Assembly: GCA_020634075.1 (NCBI GenBank)
Contig: JACKCJ010000013.1
Span: 3,298 to 67,297, forward strand
Origin: Dehalococcoidia bacterium
GTDB taxonomy: Bacteria; Chloroflexota; Dehalococcoidia; UBA2979
Length of the DNA stretch: 64,000 nt
Direction: 5' to 3'
The position numbers and the translations under genes were made by a program. Position 1 is the first letter of the stretch. Every line of letters starts with the position of its first letter. This document shows, one piece after another, positions 18,894 to 27,384 of the stretch. The notes under the pieces are model-generated. The model was not told where the DNA came from. It saw nothing but the letters and a program-made list of their open reading frames with translations, and made no database searches.

Positions 18894-19391
18894 ATGAGGT
18901 CGCCCATCGTTCGCGTGTACGGCGCCGCCGTCCTCGGCAGCCTGGTGCTCGTGTGGATCGTGTCGCTCGCGTGGTGGCTGCTGCTGCCCGACGCGCGCGT
19001 CGTGCCGCTGGAGATCCCGCAGGGGACGGCCTCCGCCGTCGCCCGGGGCGAGGCCGTGGAGGTCATCCCGGACTCGCTGGACCTCCGGAAGGGCGACACC
19101 CTCGTGGTGAGGAACGAGGACGACGCCGTCCACCGGATCGGCAGCGAGGTCATCCCGCCGGGCCGCACGACTCGTATCCCGGTGACCGGTGCGCTCGTCT
19201 CGGGACGCTCGCTCTTCTGCTCGATCCACCCGAGCGGGGCCATCGGTGTGTCGCTGCTGGCGCGGCCGGGCATCCTGAGCACGGCGATCCCGACTGCCAT
19301 CGCCGGACTCCCCGTGAGCATTGGCGTCATCGTCGCACTGCTCATCGCTCGCGGCCTCGACGATCGCCAGCGGACGACGCTGGCGGCCTAG
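18894..19391 (+). CDS. hypothetical membrane protein with cupredoxin-like central domain (tentative)
   Basis: 165 aa with strong GC3. TM helices at the N- and C-termini flank an approximately 85-aa domain with LRKGDTLVVRNEDDAVHRIG ... SLFCSIHPSGAIGV (His...Cys-x2-His pattern). Confidence 0.6.
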   Translation: MRSPIVRVYGAAVLGSLVLVWIVSLAWWLLLPDARVVPLEIPQGTASAVARGEAVEVIPDSLDLRKGDTLVVRNEDDAVHRIGSEVIPPGRTTRIPVTGALVSGRSLFCSIHPSGAIGVSLLARPGILSTAIPTAIAGLPVSIGVIVALLIARGLDDRQRTTLAA

Positions 19392-19422
19392 GCGTGGCAG
19401 CCCCAGGTATGGCGGACTAGAC

Positions 19423-19896
19423 ATGGCAGCGGGACCTGCTCGACCGGGCCTGCGTGTCCTCGTCGCCTTCGACGACTGTCCCAGCGCGTGGCGTGGGTTG
19501 CTGGGCGTCCCGGCGCTCCACGCGGAGTCCGTGGTGCTCCTGACCGTCCTCGAGGACTGCGCCGACCTCGCGCTCGAAGCGGCGGCGAGCCGGGGCAAGT
19601 CGCGCGAGGACACGCCCGAGGCGCGACGGCTCTGGCTCCAGCTGCAGGAGGCGCGGACGGCGCTCGAGCGCGCCCGGGACGCCCTCCTCCGCGAGGGGTG
19701 GACGGGAGACTGCCAGCTCGTGCTGCGCTGCGGCAAGGCCGGCGCCGAGATCGTGAGCGTCGCCGCCGAGCAGGGGTGCGAGACCGTGGTCATGGGGGCG
19801 CACGCCTCGCTCGGCGTCCGCCGGCCGTTGCTGGGTCCGGTCGCCACGGACGTGCTCAAGCGCTTCGACGGGGGCGGCGTCTACCTCGTGCGCTAG
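19423..19896 (+). CDS. universal stress protein (UspA) family
   Basis: 157 aa from ATG 19423. LRVLVAFDD ... ETVVMGAHASLGVRRPLLGPVATDVLKRFDGGGVYLV resembles the Usp C-terminal ATP-binding pattern. Confidence 0.8.
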   Translation: MAAGPARPGLRVLVAFDDCPSAWRGLLGVPALHAESVVLLTVLEDCADLALEAAASRGKSREDTPEARRLWLQLQEARTALERARDALLREGWTGDCQLVLRCGKAGAEIVSVAAEQGCETVVMGAHASLGVRRPLLGPVATDVLKRFDGGGVYLVR

Positions 19897-19915
19897 CTCC
19901 CGAGGCTGCCCGGGC

Positions 19916-20353
19916 TCAGGACGCCCGCGAGCGGTCGTTCGCTCGCTCCCGCGGCGGGTCTGGCTCGTCGCGGTGCCGGCGCATCTCCTCGTGCTTCCGC
20001 TTGAGCACCTCCTCCGGCTGCTCCTCGAGGTCGATCATGTCCCGGTGCGCCGCGCGGGTGGCCTCGATGAGCTCGTCGAGCTTGAGGTGCACCGCCTCGT
20101 TGTCCCGGTTCTGAGTCGCCTGGATCAGGAACACCATGAGGAAGGTGATGATCGTGGTGCCCGTGTTGATCACGAGCTGCCAGGTCTGGGAGAAGCCGAA
20201 CGCGGGCCCCGAGACCGCCCACACAAGCACGAGGGCGACCGCCGCGGCGAAGACCATCGGACGGCCCGTGAAGTGGGAGAAGGCGCGCGCGAAGCGCTGG
20301 AATGCACCCAGCTCGGAGCGTCGCTTCGAACGGTCTGCCGTCGCGTTCTTCAC
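19916..20353 (-). CDS. low-affinity iron permease (Fet4-like, PF04120-type) family small membrane protein
   Basis: FSQTWQLVINTGTTIITFLMVFLIQATQNRDNEAVHLKLDELIEA is the hallmark block of this family as I recall it. GTG 20353 was chosen; the track ORF N-terminal 142 aa are rejected. Confidence 0.7.
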   Translation of the reverse strand: MKNATADRSKRRSELGAFQRFARAFSHFTGRPMVFAAAVALVLVWAVSGPAFGFSQTWQLVINTGTTIITFLMVFLIQATQNRDNEAVHLKLDELIEATRAAHRDMIDLEEQPEEVLKRKHEEMRRHRDEPDPPRERANDRSRAS

Positions 20354-20430
20354 GCGCGATATCTGACCACCGGTGCAGCATCGAGGGAGCGCCGAAGCCC
20401 GTGCGTTTGTGTCAGTTCTATCGCAGACGC

Positions 20431-20913
20431 TTACGCGCTCGCGTCTCCTCCCGCACCGGACGCCGGCAGTCCGATCGTCGCCAGGCCGAGGGCGAGCCCG
20501 ACCTGCGCGAGGATGCCGGATGCGAGGACCGGTGCCGGACCGACGGCGCCCCCCGCAGCCGCGCGGAGCTGGTCGAAGAACGACATCGTCTCCCAGCGTT
20601 CCGAGTACCTGAAGTCGAGCGGCGCCGTCTCGAAGTTGGCGTGGATGTGGCGCCAGATCCCAACGGTCGCGATGGCGACCAGGGCGACAGCCACGATCCG
20701 GGCGAGCCAGAGCGCCAGGGTGCTCGCGCGGAACACGAGACCGATCAGTGCCAGTGCCGCCACGAGGAGCGCCGCCCAAGGGATGAGCTGCTCGAAGCTA
20801 TCCCAGTGCCGCTCGATGCCGAGCTCGGCCGCCGTTCCGGCGATGCCGAGCCCGGCCAACGCGAGCAACCCCGGCCGCAGCCGTCCGTCAGGGCGGGCGA
20901 GGTGTCGCGGCAT
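20431..20913 (-). CDS. hypothetical 4-TM membrane protein
   Basis: 160 aa with four hydrophobic segments and strong GC3. Its start lies 2 nt after the upstream lipoprotein gene stop (operon). Confidence 0.6.
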   Translation of the reverse strand: MPRHLARPDGRLRPGLLALAGLGIAGTAAELGIERHWDSFEQLIPWAALLVAALALIGLVFRASTLALWLARIVAVALVAIATVGIWRHIHANFETAPLDFRYSERWETMSFFDQLRAAAGGAVGPAPVLASGILAQVGLALGLATIGLPASGAGGDASA

Positions 20914-20915
20914 CG

Positions 20916-21404
20916 CTACGGCAGGCTGAGCGTCGCGACGATCGCGTCGACGACTCCGGGGCCCGGGTTGTACTTCGCGAGTTCACCGCGCAGCTTCGGG
21001 AGGTCGGGATCGTCGTCGGGATACGGGCGGTATTCGTCCACCTCGCGTGCCCAGCGGCTCGCGTTCGAGATGCCGGCAGCCTCGAAGGCGGCGGTCAGCT
21101 CCGCGATGGTCGCGTTGTTGGCCGAGACGGTACCCGTTGCTGCCTCTGTCGGCGTTTCGGTAGCTGCTGCCGTCGTCGTCTCCGTAGCGGTTGTCGTCGG
21201 GCTCTCGGTCGCCGCCTGCGTCGCTGCCTCGCTCGGGGTGGAGGTATCCGTGGCAACCGCACTCGCGGTCGGCGTGTCGGTAGCGTCGTCCGCGCTGGTG
21301 TCGCTGTTACTCGAGCAGCCGGCGACGCCGAGTGCCGCGACGGCGAGGCCGCCCGTCACGAGGAATGCTGCCGTCTTCCGGGTTACGTGTCGCTGCAGGT
21401 TCAC
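20916..21404 (-). CDS. lipoprotein with Thr/Ala/Glu-rich linker and C-terminal helix-hairpin-helix (ComEA/PsbU-like) domain, tentative
   Basis: Signal plus lipobox LAVAALGVAGCSS, then a low-complexity T/A/E/D linker. The C-terminus is NNATIAELTAAFEAAGISNASRWAREVDEYRPYP...LAKYNPGPGVVDAIV. Confidence 0.6.
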   Translation of the reverse strand: MNLQRHVTRKTAAFLVTGGLAVAALGVAGCSSNSDTSADDATDTPTASAVATDTSTPSEAATQAATESPTTTATETTTAAATETPTEAATGTVSANNATIAELTAAFEAAGISNASRWAREVDEYRPYPDDDPDLPKLRGELAKYNPGPGVVDAIVATLSLP

Positions 21405-21578
21405 TCAGGGTCCTTCGTACAGGCTTCTGGTGGGGCATGTCGGTACGCGAGGATCGTTCCACCGGGCACGTATGACCGGGATAAGGATTGACGGGAGAGG
21501 TCTCATCGAAGGGTTAAGCGGCTTGCGGGGGCGGGCATAATCGCTGCACCACGAACGTGTTCACGAGAGGCGGTTGCC

Positions 21579-22451
21579 ATGCCCACCGCAGCGATCAACG
21601 GCACCGAGATCTACTACGAGACCTACGGCAGCGGATTTCCGCTGGTGTTCGCGCACGGCGGGTTCGGAGGCCTCGGCACCGGGGCCGGCGGGAACGTCCC
21701 GGCATGGGTGGAGCGGTTCAGCCAGCACTTCCAGGTCATCCTCCCGGACCGACGCTCCTCTGGCCGCTCCGGCTTCCCCGACGTCCCGCACACGATGTCG
21801 CTCTTCGCGAGCGACATCCGTGAGCTGCTGCGTCACCTCGGGCACGAGCGCGCCTTCGTCTGGGGCACCTCCGCCGGTGGACCGATCACGATCACGTTCG
21901 GGCTGGAGCACCCGGATGCGGCTGCCGGACTGGTGGTCGCGGAGACGGCCCCGTGGCTCTCCCAGGATCCCGAGCTCCTCGGCAAGCTCCGCGAACGCAT
22001 CGACATCCTCAACGCGAACGGCGTCGACGCCGCGTACGAGGCGCGTCGCGAGGGTGGCACGGTCGGACTGAATCTCTTCGCCGCCGCGCGTCCGGCGGAG
22101 TCCGAGGAGGAGCAGCGCCAGCGCGATGAGCGCCGAGCGGCGATCCAGGCGCAACTGGCGAAGATTCCGCGCGAAGAGCGCATCTACAAGTACGGCGCCG
22201 AGCTTCGGACGTACGCCGCGCACCTCGACTTCAACGCCACCGCGCGCTTCAAGGAACTGAAGATGCCCGTGCTCATCGTCTACGGCACGGGCGACACCGT
22301 GTATCCGAACGTGCCGTGGACCGAGCTGGCAGAGGGCATGCCGAACGTCGAGGTCGCGCTCTTCGAGGGCCAGGAGCACGGCGCCGCGAGCAACACGCCC
22401 GAAGGCGAGGCGCGCATCCTCGAGTTCCTCCGGAGCCACACGCCGTCGTGA
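21579..22451 (+). CDS. alpha/beta hydrolase fold protein
   Basis: 290 aa. Has the FAHGGFGG oxyanion region, nucleophile elbow VWGTSAGG (GxSxG), and a C-terminal EGQEHGA histidine. Confidence 0.85.
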   Translation: MPTAAINGTEIYYETYGSGFPLVFAHGGFGGLGTGAGGNVPAWVERFSQHFQVILPDRRSSGRSGFPDVPHTMSLFASDIRELLRHLGHERAFVWGTSAGGPITITFGLEHPDAAAGLVVAETAPWLSQDPELLGKLRERIDILNANGVDAAYEARREGGTVGLNLFAAARPAESEEEQRQRDERRAAIQAQLAKIPREERIYKYGAELRTYAAHLDFNATARFKELKMPVLIVYGTGDTVYPNVPWTELAEGMPNVEVALFEGQEHGAASNTPEGEARILEFLRSHTPS

Positions 22452-22613
22452 CCGGTGCGGAGCGCTGCGAGGCGGAGACCGTCAACGACGAGTGCGCGCG
22501 GGTGCGGTGTGAGCGCCCGCGCGGCCATCTCGGGCTGCACGATGATGGCAACGGCAGCACCTGGCGCGATCCACGCGAGCCCGTCGCCTAGTTCGTCACC
22601 CAGCCCGGGCGGG

Positions 22614-23831
22614 CTATTCGACGATCTGGATGAAGGCGCGGTCGCCGACGGTGATCCACCACTCGTAGCCATCCGCGCTGTTCATGAACCAGATGTCGCG
22701 ATGGTCGTTCAGCACGGAGCCGCCGGTATCGGTGCACTCGTAGACGCGTCCCGTCGGGTCGCCCTCGATGCGGAAGCGCTGGCCGAGCAGCCCCGGCTTG
22801 CAGGCGGCTGCCCCCTCGTGGACGACTTCACCGTTCGCCATGCCGCCGCAGTAGCCGCCGCCGTCGCCGTGGGTGCGCGGGTCGCCCGTGGGGACACAGA
22901 AGTAGTAGGTGATCGACGTTTCGAAGTAGGTGCTGTCGGCGCTGCTCGGCGGCTTGGGCGCGTCTGGCCCACGCTTCACGAATACGACGCTGTCGGTGCG
23001 CAGGTGTCCCTGCTTCAGCGACTGGATGTAGTCCGGCGCGCCCGGCACGTAGGAGAGCCAGCGCTGCGACTCGACGTGGAAGTACCAGACGCTCTCGACC
23101 GTGAAGTCCTGGCCCTGCACGAGGAACTTCGGGTCGGTGGTCCCGGACAGACCGATCGTCATCCCGCCGATGGGCGGTGTCGGCAGGACGCTCGGCGTCC
23201 CCGCGACCGTGAGTGACGGATCGGGCACCGACCCCACCGAGGTCAGCACCCCGCCGCGCCGGATCATCACGATGTCGTCCGGGCCGATCGAGGTCAGTGA
23301 GTTCACGAACGCCGGTGCGCCCGGCACGTACTGCGTCATGCGCTGCGTCGTGACGTCGAAGTGCCAGACGCTGAGCACGTCGTAGGGCTGCGCCGCGACG
23401 AGTGCCGCGAGGTCCGAGGTGCCCGCGCGCCCGAGCGTGATGCCTCCGACCGGGGGTGTCGCGAGGGCGCCCGTGGTGGCGGCCGGTGTCTCGTTGATGA
23501 CCTGCACGTCCGAGGGATCGGTGGTCACGTAGTAGTCGGCCACCCAGCCGGTCAGCGACCCGGCCTGCACCTGCACCCACGTGAAACCGTCGCGATCCTC
23601 GGAGGGACCGAGCAGTACGAGCTCGGCGCCGTGGTCGAGGCAGGCGAGGTCGCCAGAGGAGAGACCGGGGGCGGTGCGGAGTCGCAGGCAGTCGCCGCCG
23701 GTGTCGACCCAGGCCGCGGTCGCGGATGCGAGCGATGGCGCAGCCGCCGCGAGCAGGCCGAGGAGCAACGCCGTCACGAGGAGGAGCTGCCGCCGGCTGC
23801 GGAACGAGGGGATTAGACGCGGACTGCCCAA
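22614..23831 (-). CDS. secreted cell-wall protein: SH3b domain + two copies of an unnamed ~70-aa domain + C-terminal 3D (MltA/RlpA-like) domain
   Basis: With TTG 23831 the N-terminus is a classic signal peptide (RSRRQLLLVTALLLGLLAAAAPSLASA). The SH3b-like part is CLRLRTAPGLSSGDLACLDHGAELVLLG...GWVADYYV. The 3D-like end is GQRFRIEGDPTGRVYECTDTGGSVLNDHRDIWF. The track start 24011 would overlap the divergent gene at 23985, so the start is uncertain. Confidence 0.7.
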   Translation of the reverse strand: MGSPRLIPSFRSRRQLLLVTALLLGLLAAAAPSLASATAAWVDTGGDCLRLRTAPGLSSGDLACLDHGAELVLLGPSEDRDGFTWVQVQAGSLTGWVADYYVTTDPSDVQVINETPAATTGALATPPVGGITLGRAGTSDLAALVAAQPYDVLSVWHFDVTTQRMTQYVPGAPAFVNSLTSIGPDDIVMIRRGGVLTSVGSVPDPSLTVAGTPSVLPTPPIGGMTIGLSGTTDPKFLVQGQDFTVESVWYFHVESQRWLSYVPGAPDYIQSLKQGHLRTDSVVFVKRGPDAPKPPSSADSTYFETSITYYFCVPTGDPRTHGDGGGYCGGMANGEVVHEGAAACKPGLLGQRFRIEGDPTGRVYECTDTGGSVLNDHRDIWFMNSADGYEWWITVGDRAFIQIVE

Positions 23832-23984
23832 GCGCGTTCTCTCAGTGCATCCCCACCCGCACTGTTGATCAACGCTAGAGGCGCCCCATTCGTGCGGCAA
23901 GGGAGCCTGGGCCCGGACATAACGGAGCCGTGTCGCCCTCACCGTCCACCTAGACTCGGATGGGGTCCGAGTCCGGGACTCCCC

Positions 23985-24683
23985 ATGCGACGACTTCCCC
24001 AGCGACTTCACCGGCGTCCTCGCGGCGTGGTTCGCCCCGGTGCCATGGCGCTGGCACTCCTCGTCTGTTCCCTCGGGGCGATCGGCTGCATCGAGGTGCA
24101 GCGGTCGGTCGAGGTGAGCGTGACCCCCGGTACCGTTCCCGAGGAGATCCGCGGCGCCCGCTGGCAGGAGCTGCCGGTCTCCTACTGCATCGCGGCCGGC
24201 GATGACGACGGGTTCGTGAGCCCGGAGCAGCTGCAGTCACTCACCGCCGACGCGTTTTCCCGCTGGGGCGTCGAGGCGACCTCCAACGGCCCGTGCGACG
24301 GCGCTCCCGAGCGCGGGAACGGGGTGAACGAGATCACCTGGGGGACCGGCGACAGCGCCTCGGAAGGATCCGGAGAGGGCGGTGTATTCGAGGCCGGGTA
24401 CACCCGGCAGCTCTTCCGCTCCTGCCCGGGAGGCTGCGAGGGCGGCGCCCAGAGCCGCATCGTCGAGGCGGACATCCTGCTCGCCACGACGCCGCCCGAT
24501 CGCTTCCGCAACGAGGAGTGCCTGTTCTCCACGCTCCTGCATGAGACGGGGCACTTCCTCGGCGTTCCGCACCTGTCGTCCCCGGCAGTGATGGCGCCGG
24601 CGTCGAGCGACTGCCCGAGCGAACTCACCGATGCCGACCTCGCGGCACTCGTCGAACTCTACCCCGCGCTCGCCGGCGATTAG
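23985..24683 (+). CDS. matrixin-like (M10) zinc metalloprotease, probable lipoprotein
   Basis: LLHETGHFLGVPHLSSPAVMAP gives HExxHxxGxxH plus a Met-turn. The N-terminus MRRLPQRLHRRPRGVVRPGAMALALLVCSLGAIGC has a lipobox-like end. ATG 23985 was chosen. Confidence 0.8.
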   Translation: MRRLPQRLHRRPRGVVRPGAMALALLVCSLGAIGCIEVQRSVEVSVTPGTVPEEIRGARWQELPVSYCIAAGDDDGFVSPEQLQSLTADAFSRWGVEATSNGPCDGAPERGNGVNEITWGTGDSASEGSGEGGVFEAGYTRQLFRSCPGGCEGGAQSRIVEADILLATTPPDRFRNEECLFSTLLHETGHFLGVPHLSSPAVMAPASSDCPSELTDADLAALVELYPALAGD

Positions 24684-24689
24684 CGCCCG

Positions 24690-25751
24690 CTAGTCACCAG
24701 AGCCCCGCCCTCCGCCGTTCTGTCCGGGGTTCCCGAAGAAGCCCCACGGGAAGCCGAAGTTGAAGCCCGGCAGCTCGATGAGTGGCTCGTCAGGCGGCGC
24801 GGCGGGAGTCGATGTCTCTGTCGGTTCAGCGGTCGGGCTGGGCTCGACCGTCGGCGTCGGCTCCGGTGTGTCGGTTGGCGTGGGCGATGGAGTCGGGCTC
24901 GGCGACGGGGTCGGGCTTGGCGTCGGCGACGGAGTGGGGCTCGGCGTCGGCGACGGGGTGGGGCTCGGCGTCGGTGACGGGGTCGGGCTCGGCGTCGGTG
25001 ACGGGGTCGGACTCGGCGTCGGTGACGGGGTCGGACTCGGCGTGGGTGACGGGGTCGGACTCGGCGTGGGTGACGGGGTCGGACTGGGCGACGGCGACGG
25101 CGTCGGGCTCGGCGTGGGCGACGGGGTCGGGCTTGGCGTGGGCGACGGCGTCGGTGACGGCGTAGCGGTCGGCGTCGGGCTGGGCGCCGGCGAGGGGTTC
25201 GGGTTCCACGGCGATGGCGTGAACGGAATCGTCGGCACCGGCGAGATTGTCGGTGGCGGAGTAACGGCGGGGGTCGGCGTTGCCGTCGAGGTTGGCGACG
25301 GCGTCGGGCTTGCCGTGGGCAGCGGCGTCCGCGAGGGAACCGCCGTCGCCTGCTGGGTAGGCTGCTGGGTGGGTGACAGCGTCGGCTGCTGGGTCGGCGG
25401 CACCGCGACCACCGAGGTCGGGTTGAGCGTCGCGAACGGGGTCGAGGGAGCGATGGACGGTGTCGCGGTCGGTTCCGGCGTCGTCGACTCGGTCGGCTCG
25501 GGAGAGCCCTCGCTGACGATGATGCGGGAGGGTGGCTCCGGCTCCTCGTCACCCGGGATGGTCAGAGGTGGCCCGGAGCGGTCGCGGTTCACGCTCCGGT
25601 CGAAGAGCGCCGCGGTCGCGACCTGGTCGCTGCGCCGGACCGTGTCCGGTGCCGAGATCGTGTCGACGAGGATCGGTACCGCGCTCGCGAGCAAGCCCAC
25701 GACGAGGACCACGAGCCACTGAATCGCGCGCACGCGAACCTCCGGCTGCAT
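24690..25751 (-). CDS. membrane-anchored Pro/Thr/Ser-rich repeat protein
   Basis: One N-terminal TM ([21 protein letters not shown]) is followed by a long (PTPS)n tract and a C-terminal Gly/aromatic tail [27 protein letters not shown]. Of the three overlapping open frames, this is the one with a TM segment and G/C at third positions. Confidence 0.65.
   Translation of the reverse strand: MQPEVRVRAIQWLVVLVVGLLASAVPILVDTISAPDTVRRSDQVATAALFDRSVNRDRSGPPLTIPGDEEPEPPSRIIVSEGSPEPTESTTPEPTATPSIAPSTPFATLNPTSVVAVPPTQQPTLSPTQQPTQQATAVPSRTPLPTASPTPSPTSTATPTPAVTPPPTISPVPTIPFTPSPWNPNPSPAPSPTPTATPSPTPSPTPSPTPSPTPSPTPSPSPSPTPSPTPSPTPSPTPSPTPSPTPSPTPSPTPSPTPSPTPSPTPSPTPSPTPSPTPSPTPSPSPTPSPTPTDTPEPTPTVEPSPTAEPTETSTPAAPPDEPLIELPGFNFGFPWGFFGNPGQNGGGRGSGD
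24886..25160. repeat. in-frame 12/24-bp tandem repeat encoding (PTPS)n
   Basis: Visible reiteration of GGCGTCGG(C/T)GACGGGGT(C/G)GG(G/A)CTC units on the plus strand. Boundaries are approximate. Confidence 0.8.
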
Positions 25752-25904
25752 GACCCCAGGGTGAGCGAGGGAGAAAGCGATCCAACCGCACCAGGGTGCG
25801 ACGAGCGGACGCGTCCAACACCGCGCCCACTACGCGATCGACGCTAGGGGCGGCGGTGTTGAGGGAGCGTGAAGTGCGTGTGCCGCGGGCGTAGGGCCGC
25901 GAGA

Positions 25905-27290
25905 TCAGGCGGGAGCGGCAGCAGGTGGCGCGCCCGGCACGTCGGGCGGAGCGAGCGGGGCGTCGGGAGCATCGGGCTCGTCGGGTGGCTCGACGGCTGC
26001 GGGCGGCTCGAGGTCACGGCCCATCGCGATGGCGGTGGCGATGTGCCTCGGTCGCCGCTCCGCCCACCGCACCGAGATGAGCAGGAACGCCGACAGCCCG
26101 AAGCCGACCGTGTAGGTCCAGTAGGGGATCGAGTACGACCCCGTCAGGTCGAAGAGCGCCGCACCCCCGATCGAGCCGACGAGCTGCCCGAAGAACGAGA
26201 CGAGCTGGAGGCTTCCGCTGACCGCCCCAAAGTGGCGCACGCCGAAGACGTGGGTGATGAACAACGGCTCGAGCATCGGGCCGAACGCGCCGCCGATGCC
26301 CCACAGGATCACGAACACGCCGATGCCCGCGGTGTCGGTGTTCAGGAGCAGCGCCGCAAGCGCGACGCTCTGCGACAGCGTCACGGCGATGCCGAGGCGA
26401 TATGGCGACTTGTACCTCGAGAGCGTCGCCCCCAGCGGGAGGCGGGCGATCGTGCGGATCGTCGCGGCCGCCGCGAAGACGGCTGCCCCGGCCTCCACCC
26501 CACGGCTCTGGAAGAAGTCGAGTCCGAGGTTCGTGACCGAGCCCTGGCCCATGAAGAAGAGCATGAGCCCGATGCCAAGCAGCCAGAACGCCATCGAGCG
26601 CAGCGCCGCTCCCGCCGTGAACCCCCACGGCTCGACCACCGGCAGCGAGGCGAGGGCGCGGTCGCTCCTGCCGACGCTCGGCTGCATGCCGAGCGCGCTC
26701 GGATGGTCGCGCACGAAGACCAGCGCCACGGTGCCCTGGAGGACGAGGATCAGCACCGCGAGGATGCGCATCGTCACGGGCCAGCCGGTGGAGTGCTGGA
26801 TCGAGGCCAGCAGGGGCAGGAGCACGGCGCCGCCGAGGCTGAACCCGACGGTCACGATCCCGATCGCGGACTGCCGCTGGCGGCCGGCGAACCAGCGCGT
26901 CATGAGCCAGTTGAACGGGATCGGCTGCGCGAGTCCTCGCACGACACCGACGAGGCACCAGCCGAGGTAGAGGTGCGGGAGGCTCCCGGCGAACGAGGTG
27001 AACGTCAGCGCCGCCGGCAGCAGCACCGCGCCGGCGAGCAGCGGCGCCCGTGCGCCGTGCCGGTCCACGTAGCGACCGATGAACGGGCCGATGCCCGCCG
27101 AGACCGCCTGGCCGGCCATGAAGGCCGTCACCACGGGGGTCCGGGGCGCGCCGAGGTCCTCGGCGATCGCGGGGATCCACATCGTCACGGCCCAGAACGT
27201 CGAGGTGTTCGAGACCGTGTTGCAGAGGACCGCCGCGAGGACGAGGAACCAGCCGTAATGGAATGGCAGACGCTGTGCGACCGCCCTCAT
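25905..27290 (-). CDS. MFS transporter with Pro/Asp/Ala-rich C-terminal tail
   Basis: Starts at ATG 27290 (MRAVAQRLPFHYGWFLVLAAVL), about 12 TM. Cytoplasmic tail EPPAAVEPPDEPDAPDAPLAPPDVPGAPPAAAPA. Confidence 0.85.
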   Translation of the reverse strand: MRAVAQRLPFHYGWFLVLAAVLCNTVSNTSTFWAVTMWIPAIAEDLGAPRTPVVTAFMAGQAVSAGIGPFIGRYVDRHGARAPLLAGAVLLPAALTFTSFAGSLPHLYLGWCLVGVVRGLAQPIPFNWLMTRWFAGRQRQSAIGIVTVGFSLGGAVLLPLLASIQHSTGWPVTMRILAVLILVLQGTVALVFVRDHPSALGMQPSVGRSDRALASLPVVEPWGFTAGAALRSMAFWLLGIGLMLFFMGQGSVTNLGLDFFQSRGVEAGAAVFAAAATIRTIARLPLGATLSRYKSPYRLGIAVTLSQSVALAALLLNTDTAGIGVFVILWGIGGAFGPMLEPLFITHVFGVRHFGAVSGSLQLVSFFGQLVGSIGGAALFDLTGSYSIPYWTYTVGFGLSAFLLISVRWAERRPRHIATAIAMGRDLEPPAAVEPPDEPDAPDAPLAPPDVPGAPPAAAPA

Positions 27291-27384
27291 GGGTGCCCTC
27301 TGTGCCGGAACGCGAGCCCGACGAAGGCGGAACACTATCACGGGTGTGTGGAACGTTCTCCGGGTGAGGGCCCCGGTTCGCGCG

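Noticed and set aside
21553-21562. GAACGTGTTC upstream of the alpha/beta hydrolase gene, considered as a second LexA box.
   Set aside because: The spacing is GAAC-N2-GTTC rather than N4, and the site is not a perfect palindrome. It does not fit the Cheo/actinobacterial LexA operator.
24886-25160. A regular short DNA repeat that could be mistaken for a CRISPR array or a minisatellite.
   Set aside because: The period is 12/24 bp with no unique spacers. It is in frame and encodes (PTPS)n inside a protein with a TM anchor. No cas genes are nearby.
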